DNA from: a virus
DNA length: 64,000 bases
IMG/VR virus record: IMGVR_UViG_3300048858_000017
Span: 630 to 64,629 of that record
Reading direction: 5' to 3' (one strand)
This document shows positions 18,052 through 27,309 of the stretch, piece by piece. Each line of letters opens with the position of its first letter. Positions within the stretch are counted from its first letter, which is position 1. The notes under the pieces were generated by a model. That model searched no databases and was not told the DNA's origin. It saw nothing but the letters and a program-made list of their open reading frames with translations. The position numbers and the translations under genes are program-made.

Positions 18052-19347
18052 TCAGTACATCTCCACGTAAGCGATCGTCATGCCGGACGCCCCGCGCGCG
18101 TAGATCGCTGCCGATGTAGGCAAGGTGACGATCGCGCCGTTGCCAAGCGGGGCCGGGTTCGCCGGGAAGGTGGCCGACGAGGCGATAAAGTAGGTCGTAT
18201 TGCTCGTCGGGTAGAGTGTGATCGAGCGACGACCGGCGCGGGCGGGCGCGACTAGCGTCGCGGTCGTGCCGACAGCAACCGAATTGGTGGCGAAGTTGCT
18301 GACACCGACGTCCGTCACCGCCTGGACAGCGGGGAGGTTCGATACACTGACGGTCGGCGTTCCGGCGATAGCGACGGACCCTGACACCGGCTGGGTCGCT
18401 GGGAAGTTGCCAACGCTGACCGTTGGCGTGCCGGTGATGCCGACCGACCACTGACCAGATTGAGTAGCCGCCACCGACCCCGTGATGGCCTGCGTTGCCG
18501 GGAGGTTCGACACCGCGACCGACCCGATCGCATTTGTGCCCGCCGGAATAGCGGGCAGGCTCGACACGCCGACCGTTCCGCTGATTGCCTGAGAAGCCGG
18601 GAAGTTGCTGACTGTGACAGCCCCTGAGACCGGCTGGGTGGCCGGCCAGAACGTGCCGCTGACCGGGACCGTCCCGGTCACGCTGACGGAGCCGCTAACC
18701 GGCTGGGTGGCCGGCAGATTGGAGACTGTGACCGACGGTGATCCCGTGATCGAGACGGCCCCGCCCTGCTGCAGCGGCGAGCCGAGGGCCGTCAGGATCG
18801 ACTGCTGCAGGGCGCTCGTCGCGGCCCCGTCCGGCAGGATCGTCTTGCCGATGGTCAGGTTGCCGGCCGGGAGGGAGGTTCCGAACTGGATCACGGAGGA
18901 GTTGGCGGTCGCCGCGGCCGAGATGCGCGCCGTCCCGCTCCCCGCCGCCGAGACACGGAACCGGATGGCGCGGCTGCCGACGGTGTTGAGCGTGAAGGAC
19001 GCATCCTGCGTGACCGACGGGGCGAAGGCACCGGCGCTTCCCGTGACCAGGAGGTTCCGCGCTGTCCAGATCGCCCCCACGGTGCGCTCGACGACGATCG
19101 TCGCCCCTGAGCCGGTGAGGCCGGTGATATCCGCGGCCACGACGCCTTGCCCGTTTCCGATCGGCATTTCGATGACCGACCCGTCCGGGCACTGCGCGGT
19201 GGCGGTGCCCGTCGGGCAGGCCCGCGACAGATCGAGCGATGTCGCGGCCACCGCGTCGGACTGGCCGGACCCTCCCTGAACCTGCGCCGTAACAGGGCTG
19301 GCGAAGAGGAGCGCGGCGATGGCGAGTAAGTTGCGCATGTGGGTCAT
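18052..19347 (-). CDS. Secreted beta-repeat (fibre-like) protein
   Basis: Signal MRNLLAIAALLFASPVTA-Q; repeated VSNLPATQPVSGSV units; C-terminal beta domain. Confidence 0.8.
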   Translation of the reverse strand: MTHMRNLLAIAALLFASPVTAQVQGGSGQSDAVAATSLDLSRACPTGTATAQCPDGSVIEMPIGNGQGVVAADITGLTGSGATIVVERTVGAIWTARNLLVTGSAGAFAPSVTQDASFTLNTVGSRAIRFRVSAAGSGTARISAAATANSSVIQFGTSLPAGNLTIGKTILPDGAATSALQQSILTALGSPLQQGGAVSITGSPSVTVSNLPATQPVSGSVSVTGTVPVSGTFWPATQPVSGAVTVSNFPASQAISGTVGVSSLPAIPAGTNAIGSVAVSNLPATQAITGSVAATQSGQWSVGITGTPTVSVGNFPATQPVSGSVAIAGTPTVSVSNLPAVQAVTDVGVSNFATNSVAVGTTATLVAPARAGRRSITLYPTSNTTYFIASSATFPANPAPLGNGAIVTLPTSAAIYARGASGMTIAYVEMY

Positions 19348-19790
19348 CCCTGCTTGCAGATGAAGCGGTGCCCGGCGGTCGCGGAAGTGACGAACACCGC
19401 CCCCGTCAGCGACACCCCAGACGGGTTCGTGAACAGCTGCCCCGGCCCAAGTTCCCACGACCCGCCCGCGACAGAGGCCGGGCTGCCGACACTGATGAAC
19501 AGGGTCTCGGTCGAGGAGATCGGGTTCTGGCAGGACAGCAGCACGCGAGACGGGTTGGCTGCAAAGACCTGCTGCGAGGCGGACCCGACGGCAACGGTTC
19601 CCGACCCGTCGACGGGATTCGTCACGATCGGGGCTGAGGAAGCCGGCGTGGGGCCGGGAATGGCGACTGGTAACGGATGGGTTTGATCGACCGGCACCGG
19701 CTTGCGGTCGGACCCGACGTACCGAATCACCTCCTGCGCGGAGGCCGGCGTTGCGAGGGTCAAGAGCGCGAGGGCCACCAGATAACGCAT
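19344..19790 (-). CDS. Secreted beta-sandwich protein
   Basis: Signal MRYLVALALLTLATPASA-Q; ATGA-coupled to the next gene. Confidence 0.75.
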   Translation of the reverse strand: MRYLVALALLTLATPASAQEVIRYVGSDRKPVPVDQTHPLPVAIPGPTPASSAPIVTNPVDGSGTVAVGSASQQVFAANPSRVLLSCQNPISSTETLFISVGSPASVAGGSWELGPGQLFTNPSGVSLTGAVFVTSATAGHRFICKQG

Positions 19791-19831
19791 CGGCGTTGCT
19801 CCAATATGCTGGGGGGCACACGGCCCGCCTT

Positions 19832-19861
19832 GATATGCGACGGGTAACTGACGCCTGTCCA
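19832..19861 (-). promoter_or_regulatory. Putative sigma70 promoter of the secreted cassette
   Basis: TGGACA-N17-GCATATC, similar to the alphaproteobacterial housekeeping consensus. Confidence 0.45.
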
Positions 19862-19918
19862 CCCCCTGCCGCCTGTTGGAGGCCTTCGCGGCTTTCCGAC
19901 TTATGCAAAAAGTGCTGG

Positions 19919-19933
19919 CTGCCACCGCGGCAG
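19919..19933. promoter_or_regulatory. Operator-like palindrome CTGCC-N5-GGCAG
   Basis: Identical copy at 21108; variants at 21133 and 5111. Confidence 0.6.
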
Positions 19934-19994
19934 CGGAGCAACACGGATGCACAGGCCGACTCGGACACCGAGCGGACCCACCACGGAGCAGACG

Positions 19995-20402
19995 ATGACC
20001 GACACCACCGCCACCGCCAAGGCCAAGAAGGCCAAGCCGACCGTCAGCGAACGCGCCCGCGAGCGCATCTGCCCGGAGTGCAGCGGGGCGGTCGTCCGTC
20101 GCAGCGCCAAGGGGCCGATGCCGACCTTCTGCTCGCCGGAGTGCAAGAAGTCGCACGGCAACCGCCACATCGTCGAGGGCCGGGCGGTGATCGCGCTTCT
20201 CAAGGCTTGGCGCATCGACCGGGCGCAGGGCGAGATCGCACAGTGCTCCTTCGCGCAGGTCTGCCAGATCGTCGACCAGTTCAACGCGCAGGACCTCGCT
20301 TACCGCGGCCCGAACGGCGAGCGCCGGACCCGCGCTGACCTCTACGCCGCCAAGCTGCTGGTCGACGGCACTCAGTTCTTCGACCGCCAGCCCACCCGCT
20401 GA
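19995..20402 (+). CDS. Zn-binding hypothetical protein
   Basis: CPEC...FCSPEC; SD GGAG. Confidence 0.7.
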   Translation: MTDTTATAKAKKAKPTVSERARERICPECSGAVVRRSAKGPMPTFCSPECKKSHGNRHIVEGRAVIALLKAWRIDRAQGEIAQCSFAQVCQIVDQFNAQDLAYRGPNGERRTRADLYAAKLLVDGTQFFDRQPTR

Positions 20403-20425
20403 TCCCCACCGCAGGAGCAAGACCC

Positions 20426-20704
20426 ATGATGAATAGATGGCAGGAGGAGGCGCTGATCGAGCGCATCCGCGAGACCCGCGCCCGCAATTACGCCGGCAAA
20501 CTGACGAACCCGCGCCTTGAGGCGCTGATGGTCGAGGCGCAGCGGCGCGCGGCCGAGTTCGAGGGCGCGGCCGACACCCACGTTACCCCGCTCGACACGG
20601 TCAGCTGCCAGTTCCGGCGCGAGTGGTCGCCCGAGTTCTATTTCTTCCACAACGGTGTCGCGATCGAGCAGGACCGCGCGTTCGAACTGACCTGCGGGGG
20701 CTGA
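20426..20704 (+). CDS. Hypothetical protein
   Basis: SD AGGAG. Confidence 0.65.
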   Translation: MMNRWQEEALIERIRETRARNYAGKLTNPRLEALMVEAQRRAAEFEGAADTHVTPLDTVSCQFRREWSPEFYFFHNGVAIEQDRAFELTCGG

Positions 20705-20705
20705 C

Positions 20706-21104
20706 GTGGGTGTCGTCGCCCATACCCGCTGCCAGATTTGCGGCAGGCGCAAGCACCTCAAGAAGGGGGGCGTCATCGCCCACCACCACGTCAAGGGCGT
20801 CCCCTGCACCGGGACAGGCCAGCTGCCGATCGACCAGGACGACGCCTTCCTCGCGTCCGAGGCCAGACGCCTCCGCGACGAGCAGCGCCGGCACAGCGCC
20901 ACGATCCGCGCGCTGATCGAGCGTCGGGCGAACTATATCGACCCGGCGATCGAGAAGGCGCGCGACGCGGCGTGGGCGGCGGCCGACAGACTGGAACGCC
21001 GGCTCAAGCGCCACCGGGACTGGCCGGAGCGGTTCAAGCGCGAGATGGAGAAATACGGGTGGGGAATGCCCCCGCCCGACTATCTGGTTTGCCGCGCGCG
21101 CTGA
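20706..21104 (+). CDS. Zn-binding hypothetical protein
   Basis: CQIC...HH...C motif. Confidence 0.65.
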   Translation: MGVVAHTRCQICGRRKHLKKGGVIAHHHVKGVPCTGTGQLPIDQDDAFLASEARRLRDEQRRHSATIRALIERRANYIDPAIEKARDAAWAAADRLERRLKRHRDWPERFKREMEKYGWGMPPPDYLVCRAR

Positions 21105-21107
21105 CCG

Positions 21108-21147
21108 CTGCCACCGCGGCAGGTTTCGCTTGCTGCCACGGCGGCAG
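21108..21147. promoter_or_regulatory. Tandem operator-like palindromes
   Basis: CTGCCACCGCGGCAG (21108-21122) and CTGCCACGGCGGCAG (21133-21147). Confidence 0.6.
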
Positions 21148-21210
21148 GGGAGCAACACGATCACAGGCCGATTCGGGAAACCCGAGGGGCCGCCCACCAC
21201 GGAGACGACC

Positions 21211-21513
21211 ATGACCCAGACCACCGCCACCGTCACGCTGCTCGCTGCGATCGGCCAGTTGGCCCATCAGGGCAAGTTCGCGCCCCTGACCGCCTCCGAC
21301 CGCCACGCCTTTTGCGAGGCCGCTGACGACGCGCAGATCGCGAGCGCCAGCCACACCGTCGCCTCGGCACTGTGCGATCTGACCGGCCGCTCGATCCTGA
21401 CCGAGGGCGATGCCGTCACGGTGATCGTCAGCGACCAGCGCGTCGAGGTCCACGCCGAGACCCCAGAGGGCGACAGCGTCTCGATCGCGTTCGACCTGCA
21501 GGTGGAGTGCTGA
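21211..21513 (+). CDS. Hypothetical protein
   Basis: SD GGAG; leader similar to that of 19995. Confidence 0.65.
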   Translation: MTQTTATVTLLAAIGQLAHQGKFAPLTASDRHAFCEAADDAQIASASHTVASALCDLTGRSILTEGDAVTVIVSDQRVEVHAETPEGDSVSIAFDLQVEC

Positions 21514-21722
21514 TCGGTGGCCCGCCTGACCGCAATCACCCGCCTCGCCATCGTGCTTGAAGCCGCCCGTCAAGATGGCGACCACCGCCGCGCCCAGCGC
21601 TGCCGCCGCGCCCTCCGCGCTCTCGGGGCCGCCTGACTGCCGCCACCTGACGGGCCGCGAGCCGACCCGTCTAGCGGCGACAGCCGGGGGCACCCGCCCC
21701 GCCACCACGAAGGAACACCACG

Positions 21723-22853
21723 ATGACCACGATCATGAAGGCCTCGCACCAGTGGGCCACCCGTCCCGACGATCAGCGTTTCACCAGCCTGGACGAACTC
21801 GTCGCCCACACCCGCAACATGCGCGAGATCAGCAAGGCCGCCGTCATCCCTAGCCGCCGCATCGAGGCGGTCGCAATCGAGGACGACACGACGCAGCGTG
21901 GCCTTGCAATCATGGCAGGCGGCAACCCGACCACTCCGACGCACTGGGCCTTCGGCCAGCTGGCCGGTCAGGTCGGTGCTCCCGCCGGCTACCTCCGCAG
22001 CCTGCCCGCCCCGATCGCGGCTGCGGCCCTGAATTACGGCGTGTTCCGCCGCCCGGTTGAGGACACCGGCGTGCTGGTCCGCGAGCGCGACGGCATCGAA
22101 CTCGCCGCTGTCACCGGCCCGCGCTACGGCCGTATCTGGAACGCTGACGTGGCGCAGCAGCTGCGCAACCGCTTCGGCGACGGCGTCACCGGCGACTTCA
22201 CCGTGCCCGGCGAGTTCGGCGAGGCGGTCGATGTGAACAGGTCGAACACCACGATCTACGCCTCCGACCGCGATATGTTCGTGTTCCTCGCTGACGAGAA
22301 GAATCGGATCGAGGTGCCGGGCCGGCGCAACATGCGCGGTGGCAGCACCGGCGAGATGGCCCGTGGCTTCTTCGTCTGGAACAGCGAGGTCGGGTCCGCG
22401 ACCCTCGGGATCGCGACGTTCCTGTTCGACTATGTCTGCTCGAACCGGATCGTCTGGGGCGCGCAGGGCTACGAGGAGATTAAGGTCATGCACTACGCCT
22501 CGGCCCCGGAGCGGTTCGCCGAGGAGGTCGCGCCCGCGATCGAAGCCTATGCCCGCAAGTCGACCGACAGCATCACGAAGGCGATCGAGGACGCCAAGCG
22601 CGCGCGGGTCGAGGGAGACAACCTCGACGCGTTCCTGAAGAAGATTAAGCTGCCGGGTCAGGGCAAGACCCTGACGAAGGCGCAGATCGAGGGCGTCAAG
22701 ACCGCGCACTTCGCCGAGGAGGACCGGCCGATCGAGAACGTCTGGGACGTGACCGTCGGGATGACTGCCTTCGCCAAGGGCATCAAGCATCAGGACGAGC
22801 GGGTGCGGTTTGAGAAGGCCGCCGGGTCGGTCATGGCCGCTGCAGGCCGCTGA
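21723..22853 (+). CDS. DUF932-family protein
   Basis: ASDRDMFVFL and FFVWNSEVG...FLFDYVCSNRIVWG. Confidence 0.8.
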   Translation: MTTIMKASHQWATRPDDQRFTSLDELVAHTRNMREISKAAVIPSRRIEAVAIEDDTTQRGLAIMAGGNPTTPTHWAFGQLAGQVGAPAGYLRSLPAPIAAAALNYGVFRRPVEDTGVLVRERDGIELAAVTGPRYGRIWNADVAQQLRNRFGDGVTGDFTVPGEFGEAVDVNRSNTTIYASDRDMFVFLADEKNRIEVPGRRNMRGGSTGEMARGFFVWNSEVGSATLGIATFLFDYVCSNRIVWGAQGYEEIKVMHYASAPERFAEEVAPAIEAYARKSTDSITKAIEDAKRARVEGDNLDAFLKKIKLPGQGKTLTKAQIEGVKTAHFAEEDRPIENVWDVTVGMTAFAKGIKHQDERVRFEKAAGSVMAAAGR

Positions 22854-22934
22854 CAGCGTCCCCCTGACCCCGGGGCGGGCAACCGCTCCGGGGCGCGGAT
22901 GGGCGCTGTTGCCCTGATCAGAGGAGTAATCTCG

Positions 22935-23120
22935 ATGCACCTGACGAATTGGAGCGCCAAGCGCGCCGGAGCGACCATGACGGTAAACGGCACCGGCCCT
23001 GACGGGCTGGCCGCGAAGATCACCAACGTCGGCGTCATCCGCCCCAGCGCGGATGGCTCGGCTCTGATCGAAGCGGTTGACCGCAACGGCGACACCCACA
23101 CCCTCGGCCCCAAGGGCTGA
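22935..23120 (+). CDS. Hypothetical protein
   Basis: SD GAGGAG. Confidence 0.6.
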   Translation: MHLTNWSAKRAGATMTVNGTGPDGLAAKITNVGVIRPSADGSALIEAVDRNGDTHTLGPKG

Positions 23121-23168
23121 CCCACCCCGGGCGGGGCCTCGCGCCCCGCCCCATTCTTGGAGGCCGAC

Positions 23169-23690
23169 ATGGCTGACGAAGCCCAGACCGAGCAGCCGAC
23201 GATCGAGGTGGTCTACCTCGGCGCGCGCTGTACCCATGACCAGAAGGCGCACGCCGGGTTCATCACCGTCGAGGAGGCGCAGCGCCTGTCCGAGCGCGGC
23301 AATGAACTCGCCCCCGCCTTCGCCCTCGCACTCAAGCGGTGCAGCTATTTCGTCGACAGCAAGGAGACCCGGCGCATGGTGGTCGGCGCGATCTACCGCG
23401 CGACTGGCACCAGCGAGGGCGGCCGGATCAAGACCCTCGCCGTCTCCGGAGCAAAGTTCACCGGGCGGCGCTATGCCGACTCGGCGATGCTGATGGACGC
23501 GGAGTTCGCCGACCGTGCCGCGCGCGGTGAGATCGCCGGCCTCGCCAGACTGGCGAAGATGAAGAAGGAGCCGGCGATGCTCGACGAGTTGCGAGGTCTG
23601 CGCCGTGCCTATCAGGGCACCAACGGGGCCGGCCGGGTCGCGATGGAGATTGCTATCCTCGCCGCCCTCCGCACGCCGGTGCGGCTGTGA
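23169..23690 (+). CDS. Hypothetical protein
   Basis: SD GGAGG. Confidence 0.7.
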   Translation: MADEAQTEQPTIEVVYLGARCTHDQKAHAGFITVEEAQRLSERGNELAPAFALALKRCSYFVDSKETRRMVVGAIYRATGTSEGGRIKTLAVSGAKFTGRRYADSAMLMDAEFADRAARGEIAGLARLAKMKKEPAMLDELRGLRRAYQGTNGAGRVAMEIAILAALRTPVRL

Positions 23691-24634
23691 TGGATGACGG
23701 CCAGCTGTGGGAGGATATGACCTTCCGGGGCGCGCCTGTCGCCCATTGCCGCGCCAAGATCGCGCACGACGAAAAGGCCGTTCGCGATCGGAGGCACGAG
23801 GCCGACCGCCGCGCCATCCTGCGCAGGTTCCGGTGACTGCGCCCGAACTCTTGGCGCTGCGGGCGCTGCGCGACTGCGGGGTGGTTCGCGCCCGCCTGTT
23901 CGACCAGGGCTACGCCGGGCTGGCGGCACGCCGCCTCGTCGACGCCCGTCCCTTCTCCCAGCATGAGGACGACCCCCACCCCCGCCGCGACTTCCGCCTG
24001 AACGACCGTGGCCGCATCGTCGCCGATGCGGTCCTGACGATAGGACCCTGACCCATGATCTATTACCTGCTCGCGCTCGCAGCGGCCTACCCCTTGTTCC
24101 GCTGGCTCGCGCCGCCGCGTGCGGTTGCCGCCCTCGATCGTGCCACGCCCGCGGATTGGGCGGCCTGCGGCCTCCTCGCTGGGGCTTTGGGCCTGATGGT
24201 GGCGCTATGAAGCACCCGGACACCGCGGCCCTCGCCGAGCGCGCCTATAAGGCCTCCGGCAAGGCCACCCACCCCGAGTTCGTCGCGCTGTTCGGTGGCG
24301 CGGTTGGCCTCCGCACCTTTCGAGGCTGGCTGGCCGGGGAGCAGCCCGCCGCCCCGATCGCGCAGCTGATGCTCCGCGAGTTCGTCGCCGGATGGAGGCC
24401 CACGCTATGAGCCGTCGACCGAAACACTATGACCGCCCGGGCAAGCGCCCCGGCCCTCCTCGCGTCCGCGCCAGCGGCAGTGGCGGATCGGTCACCGACC
24501 AGCGCGCGCCCGCCATCGACGACGAGGACGACGAGGAGGCCATGTGGTTCGCCGAGGGTCAGCGTCTTGCCTTCGGCGAAATGAGCGACGGGGCCTATTT
24601 CGCGGCCTGTGACGATGCGGGGATCGAGCCTTGA
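23690..24634 (+). other. Chain of five small coupled ORFs (23690-23836, 23833-24051, 24055-24210 membrane, 24207-24410 HTH-like, 24407-24634 acidic)
   Basis: Manual translation; ATGA/GTGA overlaps. Confidence 0.6.
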
Positions 24635-25215
24635 ACGCCGGCACCGGGTTCCTCGCCTTCCAGTCGTGCATCGCTGGGATCACCGACGCGCTGGGCGAGC
24701 CGAAGCTGCAGCCGGCCGTAGCGCAGCACGCCATCGCCTGCCTTGAGGCCGAGGTGCGGATTGCGCGCAACCTGTCCTCGTGGTCGAGCCTTAGCTGGGG
24801 GACGTGGTGGACGACCGCGACCACGCCGGAGTTCGAGGCCGGTGTCCGGCGCACCGAGGCCACGCTGGCGCTGCCGCGCTCCACGCTGGGGCCGAACGCC
24901 CGGCCGATCGCGGAGGGGCGCTGGCGCAATACCGTGATGCGTCTGCGGGGCAACGACGTCCAGGTCGAAGGGGGCGGCTACCGTCTCCGGGTCGCGTCCT
25001 GTTTCGAGGGCGGATATCGCTATGACCGGGCGAAGCGCATGGACGTGAAGCAGTGGCAGGTCAGCCTTAGCGACGACTTCCTGCGCGCGGCACGCGGCGG
25101 CTACAGCAGCGAGACGCAGGCCAAGACCACCCACGCCCAGACCGAGGCCGCAGGGATCAAGGCAATGCGCCGGATGGTGCGCGACTTCTTCGAAGTGACG
25201 CTGGTGGACCTGTGA
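24631..25215 (+). CDS. Hypothetical protein
   Basis: Packed ORF. Confidence 0.6.
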   Translation: MNAGTGFLAFQSCIAGITDALGEPKLQPAVAQHAIACLEAEVRIARNLSSWSSLSWGTWWTTATTPEFEAGVRRTEATLALPRSTLGPNARPIAEGRWRNTVMRLRGNDVQVEGGGYRLRVASCFEGGYRYDRAKRMDVKQWQVSLSDDFLRAARGGYSSETQAKTTHAQTEAAGIKAMRRMVRDFFEVTLVDL

Positions 25216-25403
25216 CGCTGATCCCGGCCCCGGACGACTGTATCTATTGCGGGTGCCCGGATCACTGGGTCTGGGAGCCGACGCCTACGTCAAAGGCTAT
25301 CGCGTGCAGCAACGGCCTCTGCGCCTCGACAGGCCCTCTCCGGTCCACGGTCGGGGAGGCGGCGCAGGCATGGAATAAGCCGCGCCGGGACCGCGGGGAC
25401 TGA
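25212..25403 (+). CDS. Lar-like restriction-alleviation Zn protein
   Basis: CIYCG...IACSNGLC...AAQAWN. Confidence 0.55.
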   Translation: MTLIPAPDDCIYCGCPDHWVWEPTPTSKAIACSNGLCASTGPLRSTVGEAAQAWNKPRRDRGD

Positions 25404-25430
25404 CAAGGGCCGGCAGGCCCGCTATATCAG

Positions 25431-25502
25431 CGGCGTTTCTCGTGGTGGGGAAACACCGGGCGAAAGCCTAGACTGGCCTCGGGGGAACCCGGGGCCTTTT
25501 TT
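25431..25502 (+). ncRNA. Candidate small structured RNA
   Basis: CTGACA-N16-CTATAT promoter (25400-25427), then hairpins and an intrinsic terminator, with no ORF or SD inside. Confidence 0.5.
25475..25502 (+). terminator. Rho-independent terminator
   Basis: GGCCTCGGG/CCCGGGGCC stem followed by TTTTTT. Confidence 0.8.
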
Positions 25503-25608
25503 GCATAAGTCGATAAGCCGGGAAGGGCCGCTACAGCGCCGTTTTGGTGATTACGCGCCGACGCACCGCGATACCGGCAAAGGCCCGCTGTGGCCCGTTT
25601 GCGGGCGG

Positions 25609-25638
25609 AAAGGGCGCGCCAGCGGCAGCGGCGCGCCC
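25609..25638 (-). terminator. Probable terminator of the late operon
   Basis: 9-bp stem GGGCGCGCC followed by TTT on the minus strand. Confidence 0.5.
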
Positions 25639-25649
25639 CCCGGGATAGG

Positions 25650-25832
25650 TCAGAGCGCCTGCGCGGCCTCGTGCGCCGACTTCGCATCAGCGAGAGCGGC
25701 GGCGTAGCTGGTCTTGAGCGTCTCCTGATCCGCCGGTTCGAAGAGGTCGATGACCTGGTCGAGGAGGGCCTTGTAGGCGGGCAGGTTCGACCCGATCAGG
25801 GCCATGGTCTTCAGGATGGTGTCGAGGTTCAA
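25650..25832 (-). CDS. Small hypothetical protein (lysis region)
   Basis: Last gene of the late operon. Confidence 0.7.
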   Translation of the reverse strand: MNLDTILKTMALIGSNLPAYKALLDQVIDLFEPADQETLKTSYAAALADAKSAHEAAQAL

Positions 25833-25841
25833 GGCAGCCTC

Positions 25842-26219
25842 CTATCGGACGAGGGTGTTGATGCCGGCGACCGCGGCGTTCACCCGGTCGATCGCGGCGG
25901 CATAGCTGGCGGCGTTGCTAGCGTCATAGGCCGCCTTCACCGCGAGGACAGCCGCATAGCCCTGCGCGTCGAGCGCCTTGAACCGGGCCTTGTCGATCAA
26001 GCCGGCGCTGGCGAGCGCGGTGCCGAGGCGGGACGCCGCGGTGTAGGACACCGTCGCGCCGGTAGCGAGGCGCTCGTCGAGCGTGGTCTTGTCAGCGACA
26101 TCGACCGGCTTGGTCGGCACCGTCGCATCGAGGACGGGACCAGCCATTCCCGCGCCGGTGGTAACGCCACAGGCAGGCAGCGTCAGCAGGAGCGCAGACA
26201 TCAGAATAAGGCGGCGCAT
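25842..26219 (-). CDS. Lipoprotein (o-spanin candidate)
   Basis: Signal with lipobox LPAC, downstream of the endolysin. Confidence 0.6.
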   Translation of the reverse strand: MRRLILMSALLLTLPACGVTTGAGMAGPVLDATVPTKPVDVADKTTLDERLATGATVSYTAASRLGTALASAGLIDKARFKALDAQGYAAVLAVKAAYDASNAASYAAAIDRVNAAVAGINTLVR

Positions 26220-26548
26220 CAGCTTTTCTCCGGGGCCGGGGTAGCGGGGACTTCGACTTCGGTCGCGGCCTCGACCTTGTCGGTGATCGGGGGTGTCAGC
26301 AGGGCGGCCTTCGCCACGTCGGTGACGGTGACGCCGGAAGTAACGCGATTGGCGACCTCGACACCGAGGATCGCGGCGGACTGGCGCACGAAGCCCCAGA
26401 ACCCGGTCGCGTCGCTTGGAATGCGGCGCGCGATGGCGCGGCCACCGATGTTCAGCGCGACAATCCAGAACAGCAGGGTCGATGGCTGGACGTGAAGGAA
26501 GCCGGCGATCGTCGGCAGGATCGTGGTTGGGTCGAGCAGCTGTTCCAT
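26219..26548 (-). CDS. Membrane protein (holin/spanin candidate)
   Basis: Hydrophobic segments; next to the endolysin. Confidence 0.55.
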   Translation of the reverse strand: MEQLLDPTTILPTIAGFLHVQPSTLLFWIVALNIGGRAIARRIPSDATGFWGFVRQSAAILGVEVANRVTSGVTVTDVAKAALLTPPITDKVEAATEVEVPATPAPEKS

Positions 26549-26557
26549 CGGTTCCTC

Positions 26558-27259
26558 CTACTTGCCGCCAAACTGGGCGAAGGCGGCGGCCATCTTCTCG
26601 TCGTAGCGGTTCACCTTGTAGGCGGTCCCGTTGTAGCGGCGCGCCACCTCGGCCCAGCTGTCGACCGCGCGCGTCACCTTGCGGAGTGCGGGCAGGATGC
26701 CGGCCTTGCTGACGAACGCCTCGAACGCCCGCAGCTGCGTGTCCTCGTCGCGCGCCATCGCCTCGGCGAATGCCATAGCGGTCGGGTAGCCGCAGGCCTC
26801 GTGGTTCTCGCCCATGATCTGTGGCGCGCCGTAGCTGGCGGATGCGAAGCCGGCGTCGGTGTCGAGCCGGATCATCTGCAGCAGCACGTCATAGCGGGCG
26901 TCCTGCGAGGCCGGGTAGGGACGGGTGCCCCACTTCGGGTAGCTGATCGCCGGGTTGGTCTTATCGAACCGGCCCCCGGTCGCCTTTGAGAAGCGGTGCG
27001 GCTCCGGCAGGATTTTGGGCCGTCCCGCAAAGAAGCCGGACCCGTTCGCCTCCGTCTTCCAGAAGGCCTTGATCGCTGCGGGCTGGCACAGAAGCCGGTC
27101 GCCGGCCTGCTTGAAGCTGGTCTCCGTCAGGGCGGTGTCGGGACCATCGGTCAGCATCAGGAGGATGCCGGCCTCGGTCAGGCGGCCCCAGAGGCCATCG
27201 AGCGCGCCGGCGTAGCGGCCGGTGCATCGGAGGTGCGTCTGCAGGTCTTTCAGGGTCAT
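26558..27259 (-). CDS. Endolysin, N-acetylmuramidase (DUF3380) with peptidoglycan-binding N-terminus
   Basis: LQTHL...GALDGLWG; EANGSGF...PKILPEPHRF; SYGAPQIMGENH; ARRYNG. Confidence 0.88.
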   Translation of the reverse strand: MTLKDLQTHLRCTGRYAGALDGLWGRLTEAGILLMLTDGPDTALTETSFKQAGDRLLCQPAAIKAFWKTEANGSGFFAGRPKILPEPHRFSKATGGRFDKTNPAISYPKWGTRPYPASQDARYDVLLQMIRLDTDAGFASASYGAPQIMGENHEACGYPTAMAFAEAMARDEDTQLRAFEAFVSKAGILPALRKVTRAVDSWAEVARRYNGTAYKVNRYDEKMAAAFAQFGGK

Positions 27260-27309
27260 GGCCGCCTCACGATGGGGTGGCGCTGCCTACCACGCGCACC
27301 CGGTCTCTG

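Noticed and set aside
18300-18760. Tandem nucleotide similarity that could suggest a CRISPR array
   Set aside because: Degenerate in-frame repeats coding the NLPATQPVSG protein motif; no fixed repeat-spacer pattern and no cas genes
25431-25475. ZTP or c-di-GMP riboswitch
   Set aside because: Only a GGTG...CACC hairpin is shared; other conserved elements and a downstream gene are missing
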